From Microcoleus sp. (GTDB lineage: Bacteria > Cyanobacteriota > Cyanobacteriia > Cyanobacteriales > Microcoleaceae), in the NCBI GenBank assembly GCA_052279835.1, contig CP181291.1, forward strand, positions 352,001 through 416,000: a stretch of DNA of 64,000 nucleotides. Direction: 5' to 3'. Each line of letters opens with the position of its first letter. Position 1 is the stretch's first letter. This document shows positions 20,057-31,340 of the stretch, in pieces. The notes below the pieces were generated by a model. The model searched no databases. It was not told the origin of the DNA and saw only the letters and a program-made list of their open reading frames with translations. The position numbers were made by a program, and so were the translations under genes.

Positions 20057-21460
20057 ATGTTTGTGAACCCTACAATTACAGCCTTAAGTTCTGGGATGGC
20101 ATCCCTAGTGACTCCCCTACCTTTGCTAGCAACCGTCGAAGCCGAATATTCTCCCATCGTCCTCAGCGGAGTTTTACTTAGTTTAGTAGTGATTTATCTC
20201 GCCAGTAAACTAGGTGCAGAAGTAGCTAGAAACTTCGATTTCCCCCCTGTTTTGGGTGAATTAGTCGCAGGGGTAATTGTCGGAGTATCGGCCTTACACC
20301 TCATCGTCTTTCCCGAAGCTGGGCTGTCAGCCTCAGACTCTGGGATTATGAGTGTTCTGCAATTAATTAATCATCTCTCCCCAGCCGCCCTCACCAGTAT
20401 CTTTGAATCCCAGAGTGAAGTCATTTCAGTGTTAGCTGAATTGGGTGTAATTATTCTGTTGTTTGAAATTGGTCTAGAATCGGACCTCAGACAACTTAAG
20501 GAAGTCGGAATTCAAGCTGTTGTTGTCGCCTGTTTTGGCGTGGCAGTTCCCTTTGCCGCTGGTACTGCGGGCTTGATGATTTTCTTCCATACTGCGGCGA
20601 TTCCAGCGATTTTTGCCGGGGCCGCTTTGACGGCAACTAGCATTGGCATTACCTCGAAAGTTTTGTCGGAATTAGGACAACTGAAATCTAAAGAAGGTCA
20701 AATAATTGTCGGTGCGGCGGTGATTGATGATGTGCTAGGAATTATTGTCCTAGCTGTTGTTGCTAGCTTAGCTAAAACTGGTGAAATTGATGTGGTTAAT
20801 GTCATTTATTTGATTGTCAGTGCCACTGCTTTTCTGCTAGGTTCCATTCTGTTGGGTGGTTTGTTCAACAAAACCTTTACTGGGGTTGTAGAGACACTCA
20901 AAACTCGTGGCAATATTGTGATTCCGGCATTTACTTTTGCCTACTTCATGGCATTTCTGGGTAATGCAATCCATCTGGAAGCGATTTTGGGTGCGTTTGC
21001 TGCGGGCTTGGTTTTGGATGAAAGCGATGCACGCAATGAGTTGGATGAGTTGGTGAAACCTATCGCCGATTTATTTGTTCCCGTCTTTTTTGTGACGGTG
21101 GGAGCACGGGCGGATTTGGGAGTTTTGAACCCCACAGTGCCGGATAATCGGGCGGGACTTTTGATTGCTGTTTTCTTGATTTTGGTGGCGATTATTGGCA
21201 AGCTAGTTACAGGCTGGGTGGTTTTTGGTCAGCCGGGAATTAATCGATTGGCGATCGGAGTTGGGATGATTCCTCGTGGTGAAGTCGGGTTAGTTTTTGC
21301 CGGCATTGGTTCGGCGAGTGGGGTTCTTGATAAACCATTGGAAGTGTCGATTATTATCATGGTGATTCTAACAACATTTTTAGCCCCGCCATTTCTGCGG
21401 ATTGCTTTTGGTGATTCCGTGGAACCGCCTGGGGAGGGGGAACCTTCTAAGGTCATATAG
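20057..21460 (+). CDS. Cation:proton antiporter (CPA2, NhaS3-like)
   Basis: Multi-TM; LFEIGLE, ATSIGIT, AAVIDD and GMIPRGEV motifs. Confidence 0.92.
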   Translation: MFVNPTITALSSGMASLVTPLPLLATVEAEYSPIVLSGVLLSLVVIYLASKLGAEVARNFDFPPVLGELVAGVIVGVSALHLIVFPEAGLSASDSGIMSVLQLINHLSPAALTSIFESQSEVISVLAELGVIILLFEIGLESDLRQLKEVGIQAVVVACFGVAVPFAAGTAGLMIFFHTAAIPAIFAGAALTATSIGITSKVLSELGQLKSKEGQIIVGAAVIDDVLGIIVLAVVASLAKTGEIDVVNVIYLIVSATAFLLGSILLGGLFNKTFTGVVETLKTRGNIVIPAFTFAYFMAFLGNAIHLEAILGAFAAGLVLDESDARNELDELVKPIADLFVPVFFVTVGARADLGVLNPTVPDNRAGLLIAVFLILVAIIGKLVTGWVVFGQPGINRLAIGVGMIPRGEVGLVFAGIGSASGVLDKPLEVSIIIMVILTTFLAPPFLRIAFGDSVEPPGEGEPSKVI

Positions 21461-21550
21461 GACTTAAGGACTCCGACAAAGAAACCGGGTTTTTATTAAA
21501 TTTGTGGACCGGAACGAAGTATTTTGGTAAAAAACCCGGTTTCTCGACTT
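21458..21550. repeat. Dispersed hairpin repeat (AAGAAACCGGGTTTTT...AAAAACCCGGTTTCT), copy 1
   Basis: Related copies at about 34241-34330 and 47530-47640. Confidence 0.8.
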
Positions 21551-21789
21551 CATAAGTAGAAGGAAGAAGGAAGAAGACTTATGCAGTCAGCTTTTCGGTC
21601 ATCCGTATTTTACGTTTAATTAAGTGGATTTACTTATCAATTCCGATTCTACCGAATTTGATATTATAGCAATCGCCTTAACAGCCTTGGCGATTCCTAT
21701 ACCAGAGCCCCGACTTCTTTAAGAAGTCGGGGCTCCCTAGCAACCGTCTTGGCTGTCGCTATATTTGCCACAAATTAAACACAGTAGTT

Positions 21790-22794
21790 TCAATCCGGTG
21801 GTACTGAATTTTCTTCCCTAGAACCTCCCTCAGTTAATGTTGACGCAGCCTGAGATTTTTCTCCGATAATTTCATGATTTTTATCCTCCAATGAATTCGA
21901 CTGTTTCTCCCCTTTAATTTCAAATTGCCGATTTTTCAACTTAACTTTACCAGCCGAACTTTTAGCCTGAATTTTCTCGCCCACACCTTTAGTCTTAACT
22001 TCCCCTTTAGCACCTTTTGACTTAACCTTCACTCCAAAACCTTGAGATTTATTGCCTTTAGCCGCTGGGGATTTTTCTTCCGTTGCAGGCTTCTTAAACT
22101 CCTCGTCTAACTGGTCTAAAATTTCCTCTTGTTCGGGAGTATGTTCCGCTGCTTCCTCTACATTTCGGGGATTGTATTCATCCACCAACCGGGCTAACAA
22201 TTCCGAAATTGACATACCGGCTGCGGCTGCTTTTTTAGATAAAAGAGCGTAGGTGTCGGTTTTAATCTTAATTTGTTTGAGCCGCAGTTCGGGATTGTTA
22301 TCAACCGTTTCGCTAATAGTAACTGCGGTAATCTTTTCCTTTGGCACTACATCCACAACTTCTTGCCATTTATCCTCCAAAGGACAGTCGCCATATTGGT
22401 CAGTGACTGCGTGTTTAAACAAGGGGACAACCTGAGCAACACAACTAGGTAAAATCTCAAATCCGGCTTTAATTAAGCGGAGACAAATTCCCGCTGCTTT
22501 GATGATTTGTGTACAGTAAAAATATTGTCTACCTAATGCTTGTTCGCAGTAATTTTTAAACGTTTTGAACTGGTTTTTATACAATCGCAATCTGCGGATT
22601 GCATCCAGCATGATTCCTTGGCGCACGTAGTCTAGGAATCCCCTTTTTATTTCGCCAGTTAAGTAGTCTAAATCGTGAAAAGGTGATTGATTCTGGATTT
22701 CTTCTTCAAAGTCTAGAAGCGGGCCTGCAAAGTGAAAGTTGAAGGCGACATCGCCTACATAAAAGTTGTCAGTAGATGTGGGCATAATCGGCAA
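21790..22794 (-). CDS. Hypothetical protein with possible ribbon-helix-helix DNA-binding segment and charged tail
   Basis: 334-aa ORF. IKIKTDTYALLSKKAAAAGMSISELLARLV resembles an RHH fold. Confidence 0.7.
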   Translation of the reverse strand: MPIMPTSTDNFYVGDVAFNFHFAGPLLDFEEEIQNQSPFHDLDYLTGEIKRGFLDYVRQGIMLDAIRRLRLYKNQFKTFKNYCEQALGRQYFYCTQIIKAAGICLRLIKAGFEILPSCVAQVVPLFKHAVTDQYGDCPLEDKWQEVVDVVPKEKITAVTISETVDNNPELRLKQIKIKTDTYALLSKKAAAAGMSISELLARLVDEYNPRNVEEAAEHTPEQEEILDQLDEEFKKPATEEKSPAAKGNKSQGFGVKVKSKGAKGEVKTKGVGEKIQAKSSAGKVKLKNRQFEIKGEKQSNSLEDKNHEIIGEKSQAASTLTEGGSREENSVPPD

Positions 22795-24004
22795 TAGTTC
22801 TAGGAAGTGAAGAATATCACAGAATTAGTGCGATCGCCAAGCACAGAAAAGTCTTTGTCTTAATGTTTAATACTTTGATACAATGTTGATTTTGGCTTTA
22901 AGGGCTATCCAGGTTTTACCTAACCACTTAAGCCCACCAAATAGTGACTGATATCAAATCCGATCGCCCTCGCACTTGCAATAAGTCTTAACTTGTTAGA
23001 AGCCGTTAAAACTTCATTTTCAACTGGTAACAACTGTCAGCCAGTTGCATCAGTTCGCCCAGGCCCCAAGTCTCCCGATCGTTCAAAAGTTCCGTTAGTT
23101 GCTTCGGGATGGCTTCTAGACCCAGAAATGCCCCGCTGATGGCACAAGCCATTGCTGCGGTGGTATCCACATCGCCACCGACGGCGATGCTAGTACACAG
23201 AGTCTCCCAGTAATCTTGAGGGGTTCTCAAAAACGCATATAAACTCCACAAGACGCTACCTACGACAAAGGGTGAAATTCCTTGCCAAGAATGCTGGTAG
23301 TTTAACGGTAGTCCAGCTTTAGAAATCAGCTCTACCGCTGATTCTGGGGGCAATTGGACCCACTCAATCAAATCTTTCAGCAAAGCGGCAAAGGAAGAAT
23401 CAACTTCTGCTACCCAGTCGCTCAGTTGGCCCAGAAATGGCTCAGTTTCAATAATCTCAGATTGAAGGGCGATCGCCACAGCCCCGGCGATCGCCACAGC
23501 ACCCGCAGAACACCGCGAATCTTGATGGGTGATGCGCCCTTGATCGCAAGCAGCTTGTATGAGCTGAGACGGGCGATCGTAAAATATTAAGCCGATCGGT
23601 CCTGCCCTCATAGCACTACCATTACCAGCACTGGGAGCAGGAGTGCCAGCTTCTTGCCAAGCAACGCCCCGAATCAGGCGGTTTGCAGCTTCTTCAGTCG
23701 ATCGACCGCGCCCGACAATGCGCTCTTGAGCGAAAATTTCAGCAATACGGGCGGCATAGTCGCTGGGGTCGAATTCGCCACAAGCGAGATAGCTTTGAAG
23801 CAGTTTCGCGGGCGAGTTGGGAATCGTCGGTGTATTGACCAAAAGGAAAGCCGAAGCGATCGCGATCTTTGATTTTTTTAAGTCTAACTTCGTAGCTGAC
23901 AAAGTTTTGGCAAACTTCGGGAGGATAGCCTTCTACTCTACAGCCTACAGCGTCGCCAAGGCACTGACCGATCAAGCAGCCTCTAAATTGTTCTATAGCC
24001 TTTC

Positions 24005-24961
24005 TCAGATAGATGAGGTGCAATAACAGCAGTGAGTAAACCAATTCCACAGGTCTTGCTCATCAATTTGCTCAAATGCGCTTACTATCGCCGAGTCTAA
24101 TGCTTGATAGGTTCTCGCACCAAAAGTACGGAGAAGATACTTCAGCTTTGACCATACATTTTCAATTGGCGAAAAGTCGGGAGAATACGGGGGTAAAAAT
24201 ATTAACTTTGCTCCCGCTTTCTTAATGGCTTTTTCTATTTCTTCCCCTTTGTGAATACTATAGTTGTCCATCAATACACAAGCACCTTTCCAGAGTTTTG
24301 GCACAAGTTTTCTGATGATAAAAGCCTCAAAAGTAATCCCATCTATTGAGCCTAATAAATTCACTGATGTCAGCAGTTTTTTGACAGATATTGCTCCCAA
24401 TATCGAGACATTTTTGCCACGTCTATTTGGTTTAGGCCCAAGGGCTCTTGAGCCTTTTAACGACCGGGCATATAATCTAACCATAGCTAGATTAACCCCC
24501 GACTCATCAATAAATATTAAATTATTCATATTCAGATTTCGGATTTGCTGCCAGAACTCATATCGAAGGTTTTGAACTCTGTCACTGCCTTTAGCTGAGG
24601 GGAAGAGAGTTTTTTTTTTGTAAGTTATGTTCAACCGTTGTGCCATTCTTCCCATTGTAGCCCTACTGATATTTACGCCGATTTTTTGCTCGAGTAAATG
24701 ACAGAGTTCTTCGAGGGTGGCATCGTTATTTTTTTCAATTAATTCCGCTAAAATAACCAGTTGTTCAGGTTTGAGTTTAAGTAGGCCCCCGCATCGATGA
24801 GTTTGAGGGGCAATACTTTGGGTTTGGCGATACTGTTTAAGCAATTTTTGAACGAAGCTAGTCGCCACACAAAACCGCTTGGCTATTTGTCTTTGTGAGA
24901 TGGGCTCACTATGGTAAACATTAATTATTTTTTGTCGAAAGTCAATAGAATAAGATTTCAT
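24005..24961 (-). CDS. IS630 family transposase
   Basis: MKSYSIDFRQK HTH start; DDE motifs FIDESG, MDNYSIHK and LPPYSPDFSPIE. Confidence 0.93.
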   Translation of the reverse strand: MKSYSIDFRQKIINVYHSEPISQRQIAKRFCVATSFVQKLLKQYRQTQSIAPQTHRCGGLLKLKPEQLVILAELIEKNNDATLEELCHLLEQKIGVNISRATMGRMAQRLNITYKKKTLFPSAKGSDRVQNLRYEFWQQIRNLNMNNLIFIDESGVNLAMVRLYARSLKGSRALGPKPNRRGKNVSILGAISVKKLLTSVNLLGSIDGITFEAFIIRKLVPKLWKGACVLMDNYSIHKGEEIEKAIKKAGAKLIFLPPYSPDFSPIENVWSKLKYLLRTFGARTYQALDSAIVSAFEQIDEQDLWNWFTHCCYCTSSI

Positions 24962-24998
24962 TTTTAGTAAGGTGTGATGCTTTTTACAATCAGGGAAT

Positions 24999-25137
24999 AG
25001 CTGTGACCCGATCGACTGCTTTTGGCGATCGACTGCTGTGACCCGATCGACTGCTTTTGGCGATCGACTGCTTTTGGCGATCGACTGCTGTGACCCGATC
25101 GACTGCTGTGACCCGATCGACTGCTGTGACCCGATCG
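24999..25137. repeat. 17/18-bp tandem repeats (CTGTGACCCGATCGACTG / CTTTTGGCGATCGACTG) in the IS630 upstream region
   Basis: About 8 visible units, each containing CGATCG. Confidence 0.9.
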
Positions 25138-25379
25138 GGGCTTCAATCACAAGATTGAATTAGAGCTGTGCGATCTTTTTGAACTAAATATTTTCCACTC
25201 TGTTCTTGTCAGTTACATTGTATCTCATCTACCTGAGAAAGGCTATAGACGCGGTACAATCATTTATCTGGCTTTAAGTACGTTTATCCAATCTTATGTT
25301 AAATCCCCGACTTTTGTAAGAAGTCTGGGGTCTGGGTATTCTATTTTTTATTTCCCATAATATCTGGAGCAATATAACT

Positions 25380-28271
25380 ATGTCCCGCCTATTTCCCACT
25401 CTATTTTTTACTTTATTCTTACTATTTCCCACTGCGACAATTGCTCAAATTATCCCCGATCGCACTTTGGGAACAGAAAACTCCCGCACAGTCTCCGATA
25501 CCATCAATAACCTACCATCGGACCGCATCGAAGGCGGGGCAACTCGCGGCCCCAACTTATTTCACAGTTTCCGCGAATTCAACGTCGGTGAAGGCAGAGG
25601 AGCATATTTTGCCAATCCTAACGGCATTCTTAATATTTTCAGCCGCATCACAGGTGGGAATCCTGCCAATATTTTAGGAACGTTAGGAGTACAAGGAAAA
25701 GCCAACTTATTTTTAATCAATCCGAAAGGGATTGTCTTTGGTCCCAATGCACGGTTAGATTTACGCGGGTCATTTATCGGTGCAACTGCTGATAGTATTA
25801 TTTTTAATAATGGGTTTGAATTTAGCAGCACGAATCCCCAAGCAGTACCATTGTTAGCGATTAATATTCCTGTGGGTTTGAGATTTCGAGACAATCCCGG
25901 TGCGATCGTCAACTCTTCTCAAGCGATCGGTCCCACGCCAACCTTACCGCCACTACCGATAGAGGTTCCTGTTTCTAACAAACTGGGTTTAGCAGTAGAC
26001 CCAGGTCAAACTTTAGGACTAATTGGCGGAGATATTCAACTAAACGGCGGCAATTTAACAGCTTATACTGGACAAATTCTGCTGGGTAGCGTCAAGAGTC
26101 AAGGTTTAGTACAATTTGAACCTACAGCTTTAGGTCTGAATTTAAACTACAGTAACATTCAGAACTTCGGCAATATTGAAATGAACGGTGCAGTTATAAA
26201 TACCAGCGGATTAGGAGGTGGCAAGGTTGATATCAGAGGTGGAAATATGACTCTCAACAGTTCGGGAATTTATGGACTGACACTAGGAAATATGGACGGC
26301 AGAGGCATCGACATCAATGCCCAAAACTTGCGAGTACAAGAGGGGTCACAAATTTTCACCACGACACTGGGAGAGGGGAAAGGGAGCAATATCAACATCC
26401 ACGCTACTGACTCAGTAGAAATGTTCGGGTTGGGAATTGAGGGCTATCAGCAGCTTACAGAAAATTTTCAGACATCTGGAACAGGCAACCCCTTTGTTTC
26501 GCAAATTGTTCTGTTCACTAGCACTATTGGCAGTGGAGCCGCAGGAGACATTAACATTGAAGCCGGACGGCTGTTGATGAGCAATGGGGTAGTGGCCGGT
26601 GCCCCCACCTTTGGTGCTGGGAATGGCGGAAATCTGACTATCCGCGCCAACAACGTCGAACTCGTTAGTTCGACGCTCTATAACGGCACAACGAACGCAA
26701 CCACTGGTCAAGGTGGAAACATTACTGTTGAAGCCCAACGGTTAATACTGCGCGATGGCGGTGCTTTTGCCAGCTTCAGTCTTAGTGATGGAGCATCGGG
26801 GAATATCGCGATTAAAGCGAGTGAATCTGTGGAATTGTCGGGGAGTCTCCCTGTAGGTTTAGGGCAAACTAGGCTCGGTACGAATACTTTTGAGGGGAAT
26901 GGAAAAGGTGGGGATATTAGCATCGAAACTAAACGGCTGACTGTTTCTAATGGAGCCACAATTAGTTTAACTACGGGTGCTATTTTTGGCGAAGTCGTGT
27001 TTTATACAAGTGGGGGGACGGGAGGAAATTTAACTGTGAGAGCCTCCGAGTCTATAGAAGTAAGCGGCGAGTCAAGATTTTTGGGGAATGCGGGCTATGT
27101 AGCAAGTTCTTTTGTTACTCAAACTGCAAGTTCTGGTAGAGGTGGAGATATCCGCCTCTCAACACCTAAACTAACTGTGCAGAATGGCGGCGTTATTTCT
27201 GCGGCTTCTTTGGGTATAGCAGATGCCGGAGATATTACAATTAATGCCGATCGCTTAGAAGTGCAAGGTATGGGGAGTAACAGTCGGTTGAGGAGTGCAA
27301 TTGAGGCCTCGGCTGGTAGGGCGTTTAATGCTATCAATTCCACTGCTAGCGGAAATGCAGGCTCGTTGAATTTGAATGCTAGTCAATTGATCCTTCGGGA
27401 TAGTGCAGTGGTTAATGTTCAATCTTCAGGAACAGGTAGGGCTGGCAATATTAACGTTGTAGCTAACTCGAGCGCCCTTGACAACAAAGCCAGCATTGAT
27501 GGTACAACTGTATCCGGTACGGGAGCAAATATTAACCTCCAAGCGCGATCCATCCAGTTGCGCCGCGGCAGCAGAATTACCACTGATGCAGGTATTTCTG
27601 ACGGTGGAAACATCAGAATTAATAGCGATATTTTGGTAGCTCTACCGCGAGAAAACAGCGACATTACAGCCAACGCTCGCACAGCTAGGGGCGGACAAGT
27701 TGCGGTTAATGTCCCGAATATCTTTGGCTTTACTACCATTAACCGAGAACAAGCTAGAAACACTTTAGGACTGAATGATGCGGAATTTGCCAATTTACAA
27801 GTAAATCCCACATCTTTAATTCCCACTAGCGATATCGCCGCCATTTCTCAACAAGCTGGCCCAGATTTACAAGGTGCAGTAACATTTAGCACTGCTGGTG
27901 TAAATCCCGCTCAAGGGTTAGTAGAACTACCTCAAAATGTTGTCGAGCCGGCTGCGTTAATTGTGGCTAATCCCTGCATACAAGGAGCGGGAAGTGAGTT
28001 TACTATCACTGGTAAAGGAGGAGTACCAGCCAACCCTAGTGATGTGCTTAATAGCGATTCTACCCAGTTTAGTTGGGTGGAACCACCCAGAGGTGAAAGC
28101 CAGAATCTACAGGGTAAAAAAGCGGAAATAAAAATGTCACCACCAGCAGTTATTCCTGCTCAAGGTTGGATGATGGACGATCGAGGGCAAGTGACGCTGG
28201 TAGCATCTAATTCAATGGCTCAAGTTCCGCAGCGCCAGAGGCGAACTTTGCCTGTTTGCCCCGAACGCTGA
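25380..28271 (+). CDS. Filamentous haemagglutinin N-terminal (TPS secretion) domain exoprotein
   Basis: Signal peptide; NLFHSFREFNV and NLFLINPKGIVFG motifs; GxGGNI beta-helix repeats. Confidence 0.93.
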   Translation: MSRLFPTLFFTLFLLFPTATIAQIIPDRTLGTENSRTVSDTINNLPSDRIEGGATRGPNLFHSFREFNVGEGRGAYFANPNGILNIFSRITGGNPANILGTLGVQGKANLFLINPKGIVFGPNARLDLRGSFIGATADSIIFNNGFEFSSTNPQAVPLLAINIPVGLRFRDNPGAIVNSSQAIGPTPTLPPLPIEVPVSNKLGLAVDPGQTLGLIGGDIQLNGGNLTAYTGQILLGSVKSQGLVQFEPTALGLNLNYSNIQNFGNIEMNGAVINTSGLGGGKVDIRGGNMTLNSSGIYGLTLGNMDGRGIDINAQNLRVQEGSQIFTTTLGEGKGSNINIHATDSVEMFGLGIEGYQQLTENFQTSGTGNPFVSQIVLFTSTIGSGAAGDINIEAGRLLMSNGVVAGAPTFGAGNGGNLTIRANNVELVSSTLYNGTTNATTGQGGNITVEAQRLILRDGGAFASFSLSDGASGNIAIKASESVELSGSLPVGLGQTRLGTNTFEGNGKGGDISIETKRLTVSNGATISLTTGAIFGEVVFYTSGGTGGNLTVRASESIEVSGESRFLGNAGYVASSFVTQTASSGRGGDIRLSTPKLTVQNGGVISAASLGIADAGDITINADRLEVQGMGSNSRLRSAIEASAGRAFNAINSTASGNAGSLNLNASQLILRDSAVVNVQSSGTGRAGNINVVANSSALDNKASIDGTTVSGTGANINLQARSIQLRRGSRITTDAGISDGGNIRINSDILVALPRENSDITANARTARGGQVAVNVPNIFGFTTINREQARNTLGLNDAEFANLQVNPTSLIPTSDIAAISQQAGPDLQGAVTFSTAGVNPAQGLVELPQNVVEPAALIVANPCIQGAGSEFTITGKGGVPANPSDVLNSDSTQFSWVEPPRGESQNLQGKKAEIKMSPPAVIPAQGWMMDDRGQVTLVASNSMAQVPQRQRRTLPVCPER

Positions 28272-28450
28272 AATGGGTTTGATTTCAAATCCGTTGGTAT
28301 CGTCCTCTACTCATCTCCACGCGGTACAATCATTTATCTGGTTTTAAGTACGTCGCTCCAATCTTATGTTAAATCCCCCACTTGTTTAATAATTCCGTGA
28401 TTTGAGTGTTATATTTTTTTAGTTAAAATACTATCTAGAGAAGTTCAACT

Positions 28451-31340
28451 ATGTCCCCACTATCCTTCACTCTCTTGTTTGCTTTCTTATTACTATTTCC
28501 CACTGCGACAATTGCTCAAATTATCCCCGATCGCACTTTGGGAACAGAAAACTCCCGCACAGTCTCCGACACCATCAATAACCTACCATCGGACCGCATC
28601 GAAGGCGGGGCAACTCGCGGCCCCAACTTATTTCACAGTTTCCGCGAATTCAACGTCGGTGAAGGCAGAGGAGCATATTTTGCCAATCCTAACGGCATTC
28701 TTAATATTTTCAGCCGCATCACAGGTGGGAATCCTGCCAATATTTTAGGAACGTTAGGAGTACAAGGAAAAGCCAACTTATTTTTAATCAATCCGAAAGG
28801 GATTGTCTTTGGTCCCAATGCACGGTTAGATTTACGCGGGTCATTTATCGGTGCAACTGCTGATAGTATTATTTTTAATAATGGGTTTGAATTTAGCAGC
28901 ACGAATCCCCAAGCAGTACCATTGTTAGCGATTAATATTCCTGTGGGTTTGAGATTTCGAGATAATCCCGGCACAATTGTCAACTCTTCTCAAGCGATCG
29001 GTCCCACGCCGACCTTACCGCCACTACCGATAGAGGTTCCTGTTTCTAACAAACTGGGTTTAGCAGTAGACCCAGGTCAAACTTTAGGACTAATTGGCGG
29101 AGATATTCAACTAAACGGCGGCAATTTAACAGCTTATACTGGACAAATTCTGCTGGGTAGCGTCAAGAGTCAAGGTTTAGTACAATTTGAACCTACAGCT
29201 TTAGGTCTGAATTTAAACTACAGTAACATTCAGAACTTCGGCAATATTGAAATGAACGGTGCGTTGATAAATACCAGCGGATTAGGAGGTGGCAAGATTG
29301 ATATTCGAGGTGGAAACGTCACCGTCAGCAGTTCGGGAATTTATGGACTGACGCTGGGAAATATAGATGGTAGAGGGATGGACATCAACGCCCAAAAATT
29401 GCGAGTAGATAGAGGCTCGCAAATTCTCACCGCCACATTGGGAGATGGCAAAGGGAGCGATATCAACATCCGTGCTACTGACTCAGTAGAACTCAGTGGG
29501 ATTGGATTTGATAGCTTTCAAAGATTTGTTCTTCAGTTTGCAAGAAGTGGTTCGAGCGACTCCTTAGATCGGCAAATTCTTTTAAGTAGTGGCACTACTG
29601 GTAGTGGATCAGCGGGAGGAATCACAATTGATACCGGGCGACTGCTGATAGAAAATGGGAGTGTCATAGTTAGTTCTACCCTTGGTTTCTGGTAATGGCG
29701 GAAATATGACTATCCGTGCCAGAGTTTTCGATCTGGTTGGTTCTGGAATCAACAGCGGGCCAATTAAAGGGAGTACAGGCGCTGGAGGAAATATAACCTT
29801 TGAGGGAGAAAGGTTAATCGTGCGCGATGGCGCTGCTTTGACCACTCAGACCCGTAGCGATACACCTTCAGGAGATATCAACATTAAAGCATCTGAATCA
29901 GTAGAAATATTACGTACACCTGATGGAAATATCCAGCCAAATTTCATCGGTACGACCACGATCGGTCAGAATGGAAAAGCCGGGGACATTAATATCGACA
30001 CGAAGCGGTTGATTGTTTCTGATGGCGGTGGAATTAGTGCGGGGACAGGTGCAATTGTTGCTAACCCATTGTTTGGATCGAATGGGGGGCTGGGAGGAAA
30101 TATCACAATTAGAAGCTCAGAATCGATAGAAATAGCAGGTATTTCTGGAGTGTTCGCGACTGGGGGTCGGAATGGTAGCTTCATCAACGCTGAAACTTCT
30201 TCCTTTAGTCGCGGAGGAGATATCCGCATTTCTACACCAGTGCTGACTCTGGGGAAAGGGGGGTCTATTTCTACGTCATCTTTAGGCTCCGCAGATGCAG
30301 GGAATATTAGGATTGATGCAGCACGGATAGAAATTCTGGGTAATAATTCCAGTGGATTTAACAGTCAAATTCTGGCTTCTGTTGGTATTACTCCAAGTTT
30401 TATTAATCCCAATGCTAAGGCGAATGCCGGTTCACTGAATCTGAATACTAATCAGTTGGTTCTTCGCAACGGATCGACGCTTGGTGTACGGAGTTTTGGT
30501 TCGGGGCGTGCAGGTAATATTAATATTGTAGCTGACTCGATCGCCCTTGACAACAAAGCCAGCATTGATGGTACAACTGTATCTGGTACGGGAGCAAATA
30601 TTAACCTCCAAGCGCGAGATATCCAGTTGCGGCGCGGCAGCAGAATTACAACGGATGCTGGTATTTCTGATGGTGGAAATATCAGAATTAATAGCGATAT
30701 TTTGGTAGCTCTACCGCGAGAAAATAGCGACATTACAGCTAATGCTCGCACAGCTAGGGGCGGACAAGTTGTGGTTAATGTCCCGAATATCTTTGGCTTT
30801 ACTACCATTAACCGAGAACAAGCTAGAAACACTTTAGGACTGAATGATGCGGAATTTGCCAATTTACAAGTAAATCCAACATCTTTAATTCCCACTAGCG
30901 ATATCGCCGCCATTTCTCAACAGGCTGGCCCAGATTTACAAGGTGCGGTAACATTTAGCACTGCTGGTGTAAATCCCGCTCAAGGGTTAGTAGAACTACC
31001 TCAAAATGTTGTCGAGCCGGCTGCGTTAATTGTGGCTAATCCCTGCACAGAAGGAGCGGGAAGTGAGTTTACTATCACTGGTAAAGGAGGAGTACCAGCC
31101 AACCCTAGTGATGTGCTTAATAGCGATTCTACCCAGTTTAGTTGGGTGGAACCACCCAGAGGTGAAAGCCAGAATCTACAGGGTAAAAAAGCGGAAATAA
31201 AAATGCCACCACCAGCAGTTATTCCTGCTCAAGGTTGGGTGATGGATGCTCAAGGGCAAGTTACCCTGGTAGCATCTAATTCAATCGCTCAAGTTCCACA
31301 GCGCCAGAGGCGAACTTTGCCTGTTTGCCCGGAACGCTGA
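28451..31340 (+). pseudogene. Second FHA-domain exoprotein (tandem duplicate) with a +1 frameshift at about 29686-29688 (real lesion or sequencing error)
   Basis: ORFs 28451-29695 and 29682-31340 join if one T is removed from GGTTTCTGGT. Both termini are near identical to the 25380 copy. Confidence 0.85.

Larger units (their letters stand above)
23996..25245 (-). mobile_element. IS630-family insertion sequence with ~30-bp imperfect TIRs and TA target duplication
   Basis: TA|TAGCCTTTCTCAGATAGATGAGGTGCAAT ... ATTGTATCTCATCTACCTGAGAAAGGCTA|TA. Confidence 0.92.
23006..25263 (-). pseudogene. ADP-ribosylglycohydrolase family gene interrupted by IS630 at codon 6 and carrying a +1 frameshift at 23804-23806
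   Basis: Removing the IS gives MIVPRL|EQFRGCLIGQCLGDA. Motifs GQYTDDSQ, GNGSAMR and GGDVDT. Confidence 0.88.

Noticed and set aside
24962..25150. N-terminal extension of the transposase ORF
   Set aside because: It is read-through of the minisatellite; the family-typical start is MKSYS at 24961.
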